Source: Victivallales bacterium
Lineage (GTDB): Bacteria; Verrucomicrobiota; Lentisphaeria; Victivallales; UBA1829
Direction: 5' to 3'
Assembly: GCA_016285345.1 (NCBI GenBank)
Contig: JAEEQN010000004.1
Span: 29,339-93,338 of the forward strand
DNA length: 64,000 nucleotides
Positions 9,779-20,703 of this stretch are shown piece by piece; position 1 is the first letter of the stretch; each line of letters starts with the position of its first letter. The notes beneath the pieces are model-generated. The model did not search any database. It was not told the origin of the DNA and saw only the letters and a list, made by a program, of their open reading frames with translations. The translations under genes and the position numbers were made by a program.

Positions 9779-11041
9779 TCAACCGCCGCCGAGTGTCTGG
9801 ATGATGGTGATCAGCGGGCTGAACAGTGCGATAACGATACCGCCGACGATGACGGCCAGGAAGACGATCATCAACGGTTCGATCATGGACGTCAGGGCGC
9901 TGACGGCGTTGTCGACTTCTTCGTCGTAGGTGTCGGCGATCTTTTCGAGCATGTCCGGGAGCTTGCCTGTTTCCTCGCCGACCTCGATCATACTGATGAC
10001 CATGTCGGGGAATATCTTGGTGGACTGAAGCGGGGGCGCCATAGGTTCGCCTTCCTTCACGGCGTCGTGGACCTGCTGGACGGCCTTGGAGACGAGCTCG
10101 TTGCCGGCGGTGTCGCGGACGATCTGGAGAGCGTTCAGGACGGGGACGCCGGAGCCCATGAGGGTACCGAGCGTACGGGAGAACTTGGAAATGGCGTTGC
10201 GGGAGACGAGCATGCCGATGACGGGCGCGTTGTAGATGCCCTTGTCAAAGTAGAACCGCCCTTTCTCCGTTTTGAGGATGAACTTCGTGGCGATCACGAG
10301 GACGACCACGATGATGATGGCGATGATGATGTTGTTCTGCAGCCAGCGGCTGACGCCCATGACGAACTGGGTGATGGCGGGCAGCTGCGCGCCGTCGAGC
10401 ATTTCCGTGAACATGACTTCGAATTTCGGGACGATGAAGATCATGAGGAAGATGGTGATGCCGATGGCGATGGTAAGCACGATGGCCGGGTAGACCATGG
10501 CGGATTTGACCTTGCCCGCGATCTTGGCGGCCTTTTCGCGGAAGCCGGCCAGACGGGTGAGGATCAGTTCGAGCTTACCGGCGGCCTCGCCGGCGCGGAT
10601 CATGTTCAGATAGAGTTTGTCGAACGATTTCGGGTGCTGTGCGAGGGCTTCGGAGAAGGTCGAGCCGCCTTCGACGGAGTAGGCGACCTTGCCGAGAATG
10701 GTTTTGACGGCCGGGTTTTTCGCCTGTCTCTCGAGCGTCTTGAGCGAGCGGATCAGCGGGAGGCCGGCGTCGAGCAGGATGGCGAGCTGACGGGTGAAGA
10801 CGGTCAGGTCCTTGCCCTTCATGACCGTGGGGCCGAGGTTGATGTTCAGTCCTTTCGCCGCGGACGGGCCTTTGGCCTTTTCCTTCTTGGCCTTGGCCGC
10901 CTTTGCGAGCGGCTTGATGGAGGTGGGGAACATCCCCTGCTCCTTCAGGAACGATGCGACGGCTTCTTCGCTTGCGGCTTCGTGCTGTCCCTTCTGTTCC
11001 TTACCGGATGCGTCCATCGCGGTGTATTGGAAGATCGGCAT
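9779..11041 (-). CDS. pilC: type IV pilus/T2SS platform protein (PilC/GspF)
   Basis: FTRQLA, AGEAAG.L, SAMVYP, GEETG.L, IEPLMI. Confidence 0.92.
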   Translation of the reverse strand: MPIFQYTAMDASGKEQKGQHEAASEEAVASFLKEQGMFPTSIKPLAKAAKAKKEKAKGPSAAKGLNINLGPTVMKGKDLTVFTRQLAILLDAGLPLIRSLKTLERQAKNPAVKTILGKVAYSVEGGSTFSEALAQHPKSFDKLYLNMIRAGEAAGKLELILTRLAGFREKAAKIAGKVKSAMVYPAIVLTIAIGITIFLMIFIVPKFEVMFTEMLDGAQLPAITQFVMGVSRWLQNNIIIAIIIVVVLVIATKFILKTEKGRFYFDKGIYNAPVIGMLVSRNAISKFSRTLGTLMGSGVPVLNALQIVRDTAGNELVSKAVQQVHDAVKEGEPMAPPLQSTKIFPDMVISMIEVGEETGKLPDMLEKIADTYDEEVDNAVSALTSMIEPLMIVFLAVIVGGIVIALFSPLITIIQTLGGG

Positions 11042-11084
11042 TTTATGAACTCCAGGTTATGTGAATGATAAAAGAGAATCCGGA

Positions 11085-12152
11085 TCAGATGTTTGTGCCC
11101 GCGAGGGTCTGGACGATGCCTTCGGGGTCCTGCGCCTTCGTAATGACTTCGCCGTAGGAGACCATGCCCTTCTTGTAGAGGTCGACGAGGTGGGAGTCGA
11201 GGGTGTTCATGCCGTACTTCGCGCCGGTCTGGATGTCCGACGTGATGCGGAAGGTCTTGCCGTCGCGGATCAGCGCCTGAATGGAGGGCGTGGTGATCAT
11301 GATCTCGAACGCGGCGACGCGTCCGGGCTTGTCGATGCGCGGCAGGAGCACCTGGGAGATGACGCCGACGAGACCGGCGGCGAGCTGGGTGCGGATCTGC
11401 GGCTGCTGGTTGGTCGGGAAGGCGTCGACGATACGGTCGACGGTCGGGGCCGCGCCGGTGGTGTGCAGGGTGCCGAAGACCAGGTGTCCGGTTTCGGCGG
11501 CGGTGACGGCTGCTTCGATGGTGACCAGGTCGCGCAATTCGCCGACGAGGATGATGTCGGGGTCCTGGCGGAGGGCGCGGCGGAGGGCTTCGGAGAAGCT
11601 CGGGACGTCCGCGCCGACTTCACGCTGGATCACCACGCTCTTCTTGTGGTGGTGGTAGAATTCGATGGGGTCCTCGACCGTGATGATGTGCACGGCGCGC
11701 TCCTCGTTGATGACGTTGATCATCGAGGCGAGCGTGGTGGACTTGCCGGAACCGGTCGGGCCGGTCACGAGGATCATGCCGCGGGGACGGTAGAGCAGGT
11801 CCTTGATGCTCGGGGGGAGGCCGATCTTGTCGAGCGGCATCATCTCGTTCGGGATCTGGCGCAGCACGGCGCCGATGCAGCCTTTCTGTTTGAACGCGCT
11901 GACGCGGAAACGCGCGCGGTCGCCGAACGCGAAACCGAAGTCGGAACCGCCGTCCTCGGCGAGCTGCTGGAGGTGGCGCGGGGAGGCGATCGATTTGACC
12001 AGCGCTTCCGTATCCTCCGGCGTAAGCACCGGGAGGTCGAGCTGGGTCATTTCACCGTGGAGGCGGATCACGGGCGCGACGCCGACTTCGAGGTGCAGGT
12101 CGCTGCATCCTTCGGTGACGACGAGATCCAGTAATTCATCCATTTCAACCAT
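11085..12152 (-). CDS. pilT: type IV pilus retraction ATPase
   Basis: [49 protein letters not shown]. Confidence 0.93.
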   Translation of the reverse strand: MVEMDELLDLVVTEGCSDLHLEVGVAPVIRLHGEMTQLDLPVLTPEDTEALVKSIASPRHLQQLAEDGGSDFGFAFGDRARFRVSAFKQKGCIGAVLRQIPNEMMPLDKIGLPPSIKDLLYRPRGMILVTGPTGSGKSTTLASMINVINEERAVHIITVEDPIEFYHHHKKSVVIQREVGADVPSFSEALRRALRQDPDIILVGELRDLVTIEAAVTAAETGHLVFGTLHTTGAAPTVDRIVDAFPTNQQPQIRTQLAAGLVGVISQVLLPRIDKPGRVAAFEIMITTPSIQALIRDGKTFRITSDIQTGAKYGMNTLDSHLVDLYKKGMVSYGEVITKAQDPEGIVQTLAGTNI

Positions 12153-12173
12153 GTTGAGGGCTCTTTATGTTGA

Positions 12174-13853
12174 TTACGTGTATTTGAGAACTTCTTCCAT
12201 CGTGGTCTCGCCGTTCAGGATGGCGCGGATGCCGTCCTCGCGCATGGTGGTCATGCCGAGTTCGCGCGCTTTATCGCGGATGACGACGGCGGGCGCGGAG
12301 TCCAGGATCAGCGAGGATATCTTGCTGCTCATGCACAGCAGTTCGGTAATGGCTTTTCGTCCCTTGTACCCGGTATTGTTGCAGGTGGGGCAACCCTTGC
12401 CGTAGTAGAACTTGTTTTCACCGATGTCCTTCCGCTGAAGCCCGAGGAGCTTCAGGTCGTCGTCTGTGGGGACGAATGCCGTGCGGCAGTGCGGACAGAT
12501 GCGGCGGAGGAGCCGCTGGCCGAGAATGGCGATCAGCGAGGCCGTGATAAGGAAGGGCTGGACGCCCATATCGATCAGACGGGTCACGGCGCCGGCGGCG
12601 TCGTTGGTGTGGAGCGTGGTGAACACGAGGTGTCCCGTAAGGGACGCCTGGACGGCCATTTCGGCGGTCTCGATATCGCGCGTTTCACCGAGCATGATGA
12701 TGTCGGGGTCCTGACGGAGGAAGGCGCGGAGGGCTCGTCCGAACGTCATGCCGATCGCGTCGTTGATCGGGAGCTGCACGATGCCTTCGAGGTCGTATTC
12801 CACAGGGTCTTCGGCCGTGAGGATCTTGTCTTCCACCTTGTTGATTTCCTTCAGGGCGGAGTACAGCGTGGTCGTTTTGCCGGAGCCGGTCGGGCCGGTG
12901 ATGATGAAGATGCCGTTCGGCATGGCGATGATCTCGCGGATTTTCTTGAGCGTGTCTTCATTGATGCCGAGGACGTCGAGGTCGAGGTTGACGACGGAGC
13001 GGTCGAGAACGCGGAGCACCACGGATTCGCCGTGGGAGGTCGGGAGCGTGGACACACGGAGGTCGATGGGGCGGCCGGCGATCTTGAGCTGGATACGGCC
13101 GTCCTGAGGCTTGCGGCGCTCGGAGATGTTCAGGCCGGAGAGGATCTTCACGCGGCTGATGACCGGGATTGCGAGGCTGCGCGGCGGCGGGGACATCTCG
13201 TAAAGCGCGCCGTCGATACGGTAGCGGATCTTGAATTCGTGTTCGAACGGCTCGAAGTGGATGTCCGACGCCTTGTCGCGGATGGCCTGGTAGAGCACGG
13301 CGTCCACGAACTTGATGATCGGGGCCTTGTTCGCGTCTTCCTCGGCGTTGGCGTAGGCGTAGTCGGAACCTTCCATGGCGTCCATCTCGGACAGGAGGTC
13401 GTTCACGCTGTTGATGTCGACGGGATAATACTTGTCGATGAACTTGTCGATCTGCTTCTCTTCGGCGAGGACGATCATCACGTCCTTGCCCAGCACGAAG
13501 CGCATTTCGTCCGCGATCTGGTAGTTCAGCGGATTGCGGACGGCGAGCGTCACGGTGGATTCGTCCGCGTCGATCGGGACGACGCCGAGCATGCGGACAT
13601 TGTCCGCGTCGATGAGGTCGATGACTTCTTTCGGGACCTCCATCATGGAGAGGTCGACGACGGTCGTGCCGAGGCTTTCCGCGATGTAGTTGAGGATTTC
13701 GTTTTCGGTCAGGATCTGGAAGTCGATCAGGATCTGCTGAAGCGGTTTCCCCGTGCGTTCGAATTCCTCTTCGGCTTCCTTCATGTTCTGGGCGGAACAC
13801 GCGTTGGCGTTCAGGAGGATGTCTTTCAGTGTTTGATTTTCGGAGTCAAGCAT
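12174..13853 (-). CDS. pilB: type IV pilus/T2SS assembly ATPase (PilB/GspE)
   Basis: ASDIHFEP, GPTGSGKTT, EDPVEY, LRQDPD, TLHTNDA, CPHC...CPTC Zn motif. Confidence 0.9.
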   Translation of the reverse strand: MLDSENQTLKDILLNANACSAQNMKEAEEEFERTGKPLQQILIDFQILTENEILNYIAESLGTTVVDLSMMEVPKEVIDLIDADNVRMLGVVPIDADESTVTLAVRNPLNYQIADEMRFVLGKDVMIVLAEEKQIDKFIDKYYPVDINSVNDLLSEMDAMEGSDYAYANAEEDANKAPIIKFVDAVLYQAIRDKASDIHFEPFEHEFKIRYRIDGALYEMSPPPRSLAIPVISRVKILSGLNISERRKPQDGRIQLKIAGRPIDLRVSTLPTSHGESVVLRVLDRSVVNLDLDVLGINEDTLKKIREIIAMPNGIFIITGPTGSGKTTTLYSALKEINKVEDKILTAEDPVEYDLEGIVQLPINDAIGMTFGRALRAFLRQDPDIIMLGETRDIETAEMAVQASLTGHLVFTTLHTNDAAGAVTRLIDMGVQPFLITASLIAILGQRLLRRICPHCRTAFVPTDDDLKLLGLQRKDIGENKFYYGKGCPTCNNTGYKGRKAITELLCMSSKISSLILDSAPAVVIRDKARELGMTTMREDGIRAILNGETTMEEVLKYT

Positions 13854-13880
13854 GATATAAGATCCGTGTGGTTGATTGCG

Positions 13881-15608
13881 TTATTCTTCGTCGCCGACGG
13901 TGACCGCGAGGACTTCGGAGACCGTGGTGGTTCCGGCGGCGGCCTTGCGGAGGCCGTCTTCGCGCAGGGTTCTCATACCGCTCTGGCGTGCCGCGGCGCG
14001 GAGTTTGTCGGAGCTTTCCTTGTTGTAGATGAGGTACTGCATGTCTTCGGTGATGAGGAAGATCTCGTAGATTCCCATACGTCCCTTGTACCCGGTGCCG
14101 CCGCAGGCGGGGCAGCCGCGTCCGTGGACGAGGTTCGCGGAGTCGAGGTAGTCCTTGTCGAGGTTAAGGAGGCGGATTTCGTCCGGGGACGGCTTGTAGG
14201 GCTCCATGCAGTTCTTGCAGACGCGGCGGACGAGTCGCTGCGCCATGATGGCGCGGACGGAGGACGCCACGAGGAAGGGCTTCACGCCCATATCGATCAG
14301 ACGTGTCACGGAACTGGGTGCGTCGTTGGTGTGCAGGGTGCTGAACACCAAGTGACCGGTGAGCGACGCGTTGATGGCGATGTCGGCGGTTTCCAGGTCG
14401 CGGATTTCACCGACCATGATGATGTTGGGCGCCTGACGGAGCATGGCTCGAAGCGCGTTCGAGAAGGTCATCTGCACGATCGGGTTCACCTGGACCTGGT
14501 TGATGCCGCTGAGCTGGTATTCGACAGGGTCTTCCACCGTGATGATCTTGCGGTTCGGCTTGTTGATGGTGTTCAGAAATGCGTAAAGGCTGGTGGTCTT
14601 GCCGGAACCGGTCGGGCCGGTGACGAGGAAGATGCCGTCAGGCATGGAGATGATGCGGTCGATCTTTTCCTGGTCGTCGGTGTAGAAGCCGAGTTTCGGA
14701 ATGTCGAGCTGGATGCTGGACTTGTCGAGGATACGCATGACGATGGATTCGCCGTGCGTGGTGGGGATGGTGGACACACGGAGGTCGAGCCCGACGCCGG
14801 AGACTTCGATCTGGATACGTCCGTCCTGCGGCACGCGCTTCTCGGAGATGTCCATCTTGGACATGATCTTGATGCGGCTGATGATGTTTGTCTGGAGGTA
14901 CTTCGGCGGGCTTTCCATTTCGCGGAGCGCGCCGTCGATGCGGTAGCGGATGCGGAATTTCTTTTCCATCGGCTCCAGGTGAATATCGGATGCTCGGAGC
15001 TTGAACGCATTGTAGATGAGCAGGGAGACGAGCTTGATGATCGGAGCGTCGTCCTCGGGATTGCTGTTCGCTGCCTTCGCCGCCTCCTTCGCGGCTTCGT
15101 CCTCGTCCGTCTGCACGACTTCGAGCTTGGACGTGTCGACGCTGCCGACGTAGGAATCCACGGTGCCTTCGAGTCCGCCGTAACTGGCTTCAAGAATTTT
15201 CTGGATCTGCTTCGCGGGGGCGATGACGGCCTCCACGTCGCGTTTCAGCAGGAAGCGGAGCGAGTCGACGGTCTCCATGTCGGTCGGATCGGACATGGCG
15301 ATGGTGAGGATGTCGTCATGCAGCATGACGGGGACGACCTGATACTGCCTGGCGGTTTCCGCCGGGAGCTCCGCGATCACTTCGTCGGGGATGACGAAGG
15401 CGGACAGATCAATGGTTTCAAGCCCGTACTGCTGGGCGAGCATGTTGATGATTTCCTGTTCGTCGACGTAGCGCAGGACCTTCAGCGCGTCAAGGATATC
15501 GAGTTCGCCGTCGGAGTCGGCGACTTTTTTCCAGCCTTCGTCGACCTGCTCTTTGGTCACGAATCCGTTTTCCTGAAGCAGCTCCAATACATAATCACTG
15601 TCAAGCAC
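13881..15608 (-). CDS. pilB: second type IV pilus/T2SS assembly ATPase (PilB/GspE)
   Basis: ASDIHLEP, GPTGSGKTT, LRQAPN, TLHTNDA, CKNC...CPAC; GTG start at 15608 after GAGG. Confidence 0.88.
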   Translation of the reverse strand: MLDSDYVLELLQENGFVTKEQVDEGWKKVADSDGELDILDALKVLRYVDEQEIINMLAQQYGLETIDLSAFVIPDEVIAELPAETARQYQVVPVMLHDDILTIAMSDPTDMETVDSLRFLLKRDVEAVIAPAKQIQKILEASYGGLEGTVDSYVGSVDTSKLEVVQTDEDEAAKEAAKAANSNPEDDAPIIKLVSLLIYNAFKLRASDIHLEPMEKKFRIRYRIDGALREMESPPKYLQTNIISRIKIMSKMDISEKRVPQDGRIQIEVSGVGLDLRVSTIPTTHGESIVMRILDKSSIQLDIPKLGFYTDDQEKIDRIISMPDGIFLVTGPTGSGKTTSLYAFLNTINKPNRKIITVEDPVEYQLSGINQVQVNPIVQMTFSNALRAMLRQAPNIIMVGEIRDLETADIAINASLTGHLVFSTLHTNDAPSSVTRLIDMGVKPFLVASSVRAIMAQRLVRRVCKNCMEPYKPSPDEIRLLNLDKDYLDSANLVHGRGCPACGGTGYKGRMGIYEIFLITEDMQYLIYNKESSDKLRAAARQSGMRTLREDGLRKAAAGTTTVSEVLAVTVGDEE

Positions 15609-15816
15609 GTTTAAACCTCGTTTGGTGGGTAGAAAAATAAATATCGCTAAAAAATACGGCATGATTGCCGATTTTTCAAGTCGAAAAGTGCGTTTTTCCA
15701 GATTTATTGAAGAAAAAACGGTTTTTTCCGCTATTTGCTCTTTAAAATCGGCATTCGGCGTGGTATATTCAATGAAATGTTTTTTGTATTCTCAAACCAT
15801 CCAAGGCTGACATCCG

Positions 15817-16629
15817 ATGAAATATGCGATCCTGAGCGACATCCACGCGAACCTCGAAGCGCTGGAGACCGTGCTTGCCCGCTGCCGCGAACTCGCGGTG
15901 GACTCCTATCTCTCCCTCGGCGACATCGTCGGCTACAACGCCAATCCGCACGAATGCCTGGAGATCATGCGGTCTCTGCCCGTCGCGGCGTTCGTCAAGG
16001 GCAACCACGATGAATATGCATCGAACGGCGACACCGTCATGGCGGGATTCAATCCCCATGCGAAAAGCGCGGTCCTGTGGACGCAGAACATGCTGAACGA
16101 GGAGGAACTTGCTTTCCTTGCCGGACTGCCGTACAAGATGCAGGTGCGCGGGACGCCTTTCACCGCGGTTCACGCGTCGCTGGACAGCCCCTCGGAATGG
16201 GGTTATATCTTTGATATTCATCAGGCGATGGACAATTTCTCCTACCAGTACACGCAGCTCTGCTTCTGCGGACATTCCCACGTGCCGATCGCGTACTGCA
16301 AGAAAATGCTCGCGCGGCCCGGCGAACTTCCCGTCGACGAGCTGAAACTCTGGACGGTCAAACCCGACGAAGAAGGCATGATGTTCCGGTCCGACGAGGC
16401 CGACGAGATCGTGCTGCCGATCCAGCCCGGATGCAAGTACCTGATCAACGTCGGCAGTGTGGGGCAGCCCCGCAACCGCGATCCGCGCGCGACGTTCGCC
16501 GTCTACGATACGGATCAGCGCACACTTACACGTTACCGTCTGCCGTACGACATCGCCGGGACGCAGGAGAAGATCCGCGCCGCCGGTCTGCCGGAATGCC
16601 TCGCCACCCGTCTTGAACATGGCATGTGA
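15817..16629 (+). CDS. metallophosphoesterase (calcineurin-like)
   Basis: SDIHAN, LGDIVGY, GNHD, GHSH, INVGSVGQPR. Confidence 0.9.
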   Translation: MKYAILSDIHANLEALETVLARCRELAVDSYLSLGDIVGYNANPHECLEIMRSLPVAAFVKGNHDEYASNGDTVMAGFNPHAKSAVLWTQNMLNEEELAFLAGLPYKMQVRGTPFTAVHASLDSPSEWGYIFDIHQAMDNFSYQYTQLCFCGHSHVPIAYCKKMLARPGELPVDELKLWTVKPDEEGMMFRSDEADEIVLPIQPGCKYLINVGSVGQPRNRDPRATFAVYDTDQRTLTRYRLPYDIAGTQEKIRAAGLPECLATRLEHGM

Positions 16630-16680
16630 CCGCCGGACGGACGCCGTCCGCCGCATGGACCGGAGGAGACGCTGCGCACC

Positions 16681-17724
16681 ATGAAGCGTTATCTGATTGT
16701 GAAACCGAGCAGCCTGGGGGATATCCTGCACGCGATGCCCGCCGTTTCCGCGCTGGCGAAAGCCTGTCCGGACGTTTCCGTCGACTGGGTCGTGAAACCT
16801 GCTTTTGCCGATCTGCCGCCGTATCTCCCGTGCGTCCGCCGCGTGATCCCGTTTCGCGACGGCAGGCTCCGCAAGCCGCTCCAGTTCCTGCCGGAGTTCA
16901 TACGGCTTTGCTCCGATCTGCGGCGTGACCCCTACGACGCCGTGATCGATCTGCAGGGGCTGGTCCGGAGCGCCGTCATCGGGCGTCTCACCGGTTGCGA
17001 ACTCCGGTGCGGTCCGGCGACCCCGCGCGAACGCCCCGCGTCAAAGTTCTACACACGATTCCTGAAAGGCCATGAACAGCCCGGTCACGCGGTCGAGATC
17101 AACAACGCTCTGATGAAGGATTTTCTCGGGCGCGAAGATCTGGATTTCAGTTTGAACCTGCCGGTGAACGAGAAGAGTGCTGCCCGCGTCCGTGATGTCG
17201 TGGCCGCCGCGTTCGGCGGGACCGTGCCGGAACGTTTCGCGGTTGTTGCGCCGGGCGCGCGCTGGGTCACAAAAAAATGGCCTGCCGATTTCTTCTTTGC
17301 CGTGATTTCCTCGCTTGCCCGCCGCGATCCGGGACTGAAATTCCTGCTCGCAGGGACGCGCGATGAAGCGGAGGACGTGAATGAAATCCTGGCGAAAAGC
17401 GAAGGGATGCCCGTCGCTTCGATCTGCGGCCGGACGAGCGTGGGCGAACTGCTGGAGGCGGTGCGTCTGTCGTCCCTGATGATCTGCAACGACAGCGGTC
17501 CGATGCACATCGCGGCGGCGCTCGGCGTACCCGTCGTCGCCATGTTCGGTCCGACGGATCCCGCCCTGACCGGGCCTTATTGCGAAAAAAAATCCGTGTT
17601 TATTCCGGAAATCGCTTGCAATCGCTGTTTTTTGCGCTACTGTAAAGATTCACGATGTCACGCGTCGGTCGACCCGGAAGCGGTCGCCGGGGCGTCTTAC
17701 AACCTTCTTATGGAAAGGAGCTGA
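16681..17724 (+). CDS. glycosyltransferase family 9 (LPS heptosyltransferase-like)
   Basis: SSLGDILH, IDLQG, PGARW..KKWP, NDSGPMHIAAA, FGPT. Confidence 0.9.
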   Translation: MKRYLIVKPSSLGDILHAMPAVSALAKACPDVSVDWVVKPAFADLPPYLPCVRRVIPFRDGRLRKPLQFLPEFIRLCSDLRRDPYDAVIDLQGLVRSAVIGRLTGCELRCGPATPRERPASKFYTRFLKGHEQPGHAVEINNALMKDFLGREDLDFSLNLPVNEKSAARVRDVVAAAFGGTVPERFAVVAPGARWVTKKWPADFFFAVISSLARRDPGLKFLLAGTRDEAEDVNEILAKSEGMPVASICGRTSVGELLEAVRLSSLMICNDSGPMHIAAALGVPVVAMFGPTDPALTGPYCEKKSVFIPEIACNRCFLRYCKDSRCHASVDPEAVAGASYNLLMERS

Positions 17725-17727
17725 GCC

Positions 17728-18819
17728 ATGTATTTCAGACTGCGTCATTTCCGGGCGGCGGTCCTTGTTCTGTTTTTGGTCCCTCTGTGCGTCCGCGCGC
17801 AGGTGGCGATCGTCGTCAAGCCGGTCCAGATCAACTATCTTCAATATGAATCCGTGTTCGTGCGCGTCGCGATGCGCAACCTCTCCGCGCATCCTCTGGC
17901 GTTCGGCGAGAACCTCGGCCTCAAGGGCAATCTCCAGTTCGAGATACGGCGTTCCGACCGCAACGATCCGTCTTTCATCCGCACCCCGAAGGACGCGCCG
18001 CTGCCCGACATGACCGGCGTGATTCTGCCGCCCGGCGGCGAGAAATCCTACATGTTCAACCTCAGCAAGCACTACGATCTGCGTTCCACCGGACGATATA
18101 CCGTCAAGGCCGTGCTGCGCCATCCCCAGATGCCGACCCCGTACCAGTCCAAGGAAGCGCATTTCAACATCGTGCGCGGCAGCGTGATCTGGTCGCGCAC
18201 GGTGGGCCTGCCGCTGCTCGACGACAGCCCGGAGGAGGCCACGGTCAACGAGGACGGCACGAAGGAGGAAAAGCACCGCATGATCAAGACGCGCGAATAC
18301 CGCATCCTGAGCTATTTCACCGGCAAGTCCAACATCTACTGCCTCACGCTTGAGGACAAGGACAACCTCTACATGCTCCGGCACATCGGCTACGACCTGG
18401 GGCCCGATCTCCGTCCGAAATGCGAGATCGACTTCCTCTCCCGCCTCAGCGTCCTGCTGCCCGCCAGCACGAAAGTGTACGCCTACTACCAGTACAATAC
18501 CGACGGCAACCTCGAAAACCGCCAGATCCTGATGAAGACCGACCGTCCGCCCCGCCTTGTGCTCGACAAGGACACCGGCATCGTGAAGGTCGTCGGCGGC
18601 CGCGAGGCGCGCAAGGACGTCGACTACGAGGAGATACAGGACATTCAGTTCCTGGAGGATATGCGCGATCCGAAAAAATCGTCCATTCTGGATGAGCCGC
18701 TTGACCGCGACGGGGACCTCATCCGCGGCCCGGAATCCCTCAATGCGAAGGACGCGGCGGAAAAGGCCTCGGAGAAAAACAAGGATCAGAACCAGAAATC
18801 CCTGCTCGAAGGTTTCTGA
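17728..18819 (+). CDS. hypothetical secreted protein
   Basis: Signal peptide (VRA-Q), GAAAGGAG RBS, host-like codon usage; no family recognised. Confidence 0.7.
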   Translation: MYFRLRHFRAAVLVLFLVPLCVRAQVAIVVKPVQINYLQYESVFVRVAMRNLSAHPLAFGENLGLKGNLQFEIRRSDRNDPSFIRTPKDAPLPDMTGVILPPGGEKSYMFNLSKHYDLRSTGRYTVKAVLRHPQMPTPYQSKEAHFNIVRGSVIWSRTVGLPLLDDSPEEATVNEDGTKEEKHRMIKTREYRILSYFTGKSNIYCLTLEDKDNLYMLRHIGYDLGPDLRPKCEIDFLSRLSVLLPASTKVYAYYQYNTDGNLENRQILMKTDRPPRLVLDKDTGIVKVVGGREARKDVDYEEIQDIQFLEDMRDPKKSSILDEPLDRDGDLIRGPESLNAKDAAEKASEKNKDQNQKSLLEGF

Positions 18820-19026
18820 GCGACTTCCGCTTCAACTGTTCGTATGCGGCATAGGTTTCTGCCTGTGCCGCTTTTTCTTGCCTCCGAGTGATTTTGTTCA
18901 AAGAAAATATGCATTCGTGCAAAAAGTATATGGGAAAACGCCCGGAACGTGCTATTGTATGTTCATCAGAAAACCGTATTCTCAAAATCATGCTCCGGCA
19001 TACGGGGCGAACAACAGGAGAAAACC

Positions 19027-20703
19027 ATGAGTCCGAGCAAGAAAAACGCCGCTAAGAAGACTGTTGCGAAGAAGTCCGAAGCGAAAAAGACTGTCGCCGC
19101 GAAGAAGTCCGCGCCGAAGAAAGCCGCCGCGAAAAAGGCTGTTCCCGAAGTCTATCCGGGCGAGACCGCGCCGGAACGCCTCATCAAGGCCGACTTCAAG
19201 GCTGTGAAGGGCGAGAGGTCCGATGTCTGGCGCGACTGCGTCGGGGCGGGGCGCATCGGCGAAGGCCTGCGCGATACATGGCGCAAGCAGCTCGCGAAAT
19301 GCAAGAAGGAACTCGGATTCCGGTATCTGCGCGCGCACGGTCTCTTCCACGACGAGATGCGCGTGTACAGCGAGGACAAGGCGGGCAATCCGGTGTACAA
19401 CTTCATGTACATCGACGATGTATTCGATTTCCTGCTCTCCATCGGCGTCAAGCCGTTCGTCGAGCTCAGCTTCATGCCCGAAAAGCTCGCCTCCGGCAAG
19501 ACCACGATCTTCTGGTGGAAGGCCAACGTGACTCCGCCGAAGAAGCACGAACGCTGGGCCGACCTCATCCGCGCGACCGTTCAGCACTGGACCGAGCGCT
19601 ACGGCGAGGACGAGGTGAAGACGTGGCGGTTCGAGGTGTGGAACGAGCCGGATCTGGACGTCTTCTGGGATCCCGGCAAGAAGACCACCATGCTCGACGC
19701 CTACCTCGAACTCTACAAGTACACGGCGCGCGCGGTCAAGTCCGTGAACAAGGCGTATCCGGTCGGCGGTCCCTCCGGCGCCGGGCTCGACTTCATCGCT
19801 CCGCTCGTGAAATACTGCCGCAGGAACCGTCTGCCGCTGGATTTCATCTCGTTCCACCAGTACGGATTCGACCCCGAAAACCCGGCCCTGCCGAAGATCG
19901 ACCGGTTCGGCGGCAACTACATCTACCTCATGAAGAACCTCCGGCACGTGGCCGACTGTTTCAACAGGAAGCTGGAGGACATCCGCAAGAACCTCCGTTG
20001 CGACGTTCCTGTTTACATCACCGAGTGGCACGCGTCGCCGTCTCCGGTCGACCCGGTGCACGATTCGTATTTCGCCGCGCCGTTCATCCTGGAACAGCTC
20101 CGCAACACGGAAAAGATGGCGTGCATGAGCTTGTGGACGTTCACGGACATCTTCGAGGAATGCGGACCCGCGCCGCGTCCGTTCCACGGCGGATTCGGCC
20201 TCATCACGTTCCAGAGCATCCCGAAGGCAGCCTACCGCGCGTATCAGTGCCTGGCGGCGCTCGGCCCGACGGAACTCGTCTCCAGCGACGCGTCGTCGTA
20301 CGTCTGCAAGGACGCGAACGGCGGCGTGCAGGCGCTCTTCTGGGACCTCAGCCATCCCACGCAGGGCGGCAGGATCAGCAACCAGGACACCTTCTTCGAT
20401 CCGCATCCGGCGAAAGATAAAGGCCATGCGCTGTTCAGCATCACCGGGCTCAAGGCCGGCGAATACGACCTGCGCGTGACCCGGATCGGCTACCGCGCGG
20501 GCGACGCGTATTCCGCGTGGCTGGAGGAGGACGGCGCGAAGACGGACATCAGCCGGGAGGAGATCGCACGCCTGACGCGCGTTTCCCAGCTCCGCCCGAT
20601 GTACCGTGCGCAGGTCACGGTCATGAAGGGCGAGGAGTTCCAGCTCGGCCTGGACATGAAACAGAACGACGTTTATTTCGTGGAGCTGATCCCGCTGAAA
20701 TAA
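19027..20703 (+). CDS. glycoside hydrolase family 39 (beta-xylosidase-like)
   Basis: FRYLRAHGLFHD, PFVELSFMP, FEVWNEPD, DFISFHQY, ITEW, FHGGFGL; CAGGAG RBS. Confidence 0.9.
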   Translation: MSPSKKNAAKKTVAKKSEAKKTVAAKKSAPKKAAAKKAVPEVYPGETAPERLIKADFKAVKGERSDVWRDCVGAGRIGEGLRDTWRKQLAKCKKELGFRYLRAHGLFHDEMRVYSEDKAGNPVYNFMYIDDVFDFLLSIGVKPFVELSFMPEKLASGKTTIFWWKANVTPPKKHERWADLIRATVQHWTERYGEDEVKTWRFEVWNEPDLDVFWDPGKKTTMLDAYLELYKYTARAVKSVNKAYPVGGPSGAGLDFIAPLVKYCRRNRLPLDFISFHQYGFDPENPALPKIDRFGGNYIYLMKNLRHVADCFNRKLEDIRKNLRCDVPVYITEWHASPSPVDPVHDSYFAAPFILEQLRNTEKMACMSLWTFTDIFEECGPAPRPFHGGFGLITFQSIPKAAYRAYQCLAALGPTELVSSDASSYVCKDANGGVQALFWDLSHPTQGGRISNQDTFFDPHPAKDKGHALFSITGLKAGEYDLRVTRIGYRAGDAYSAWLEEDGAKTDISREEIARLTRVSQLRPMYRAQVTVMKGEEFQLGLDMKQNDVYFVELIPLK

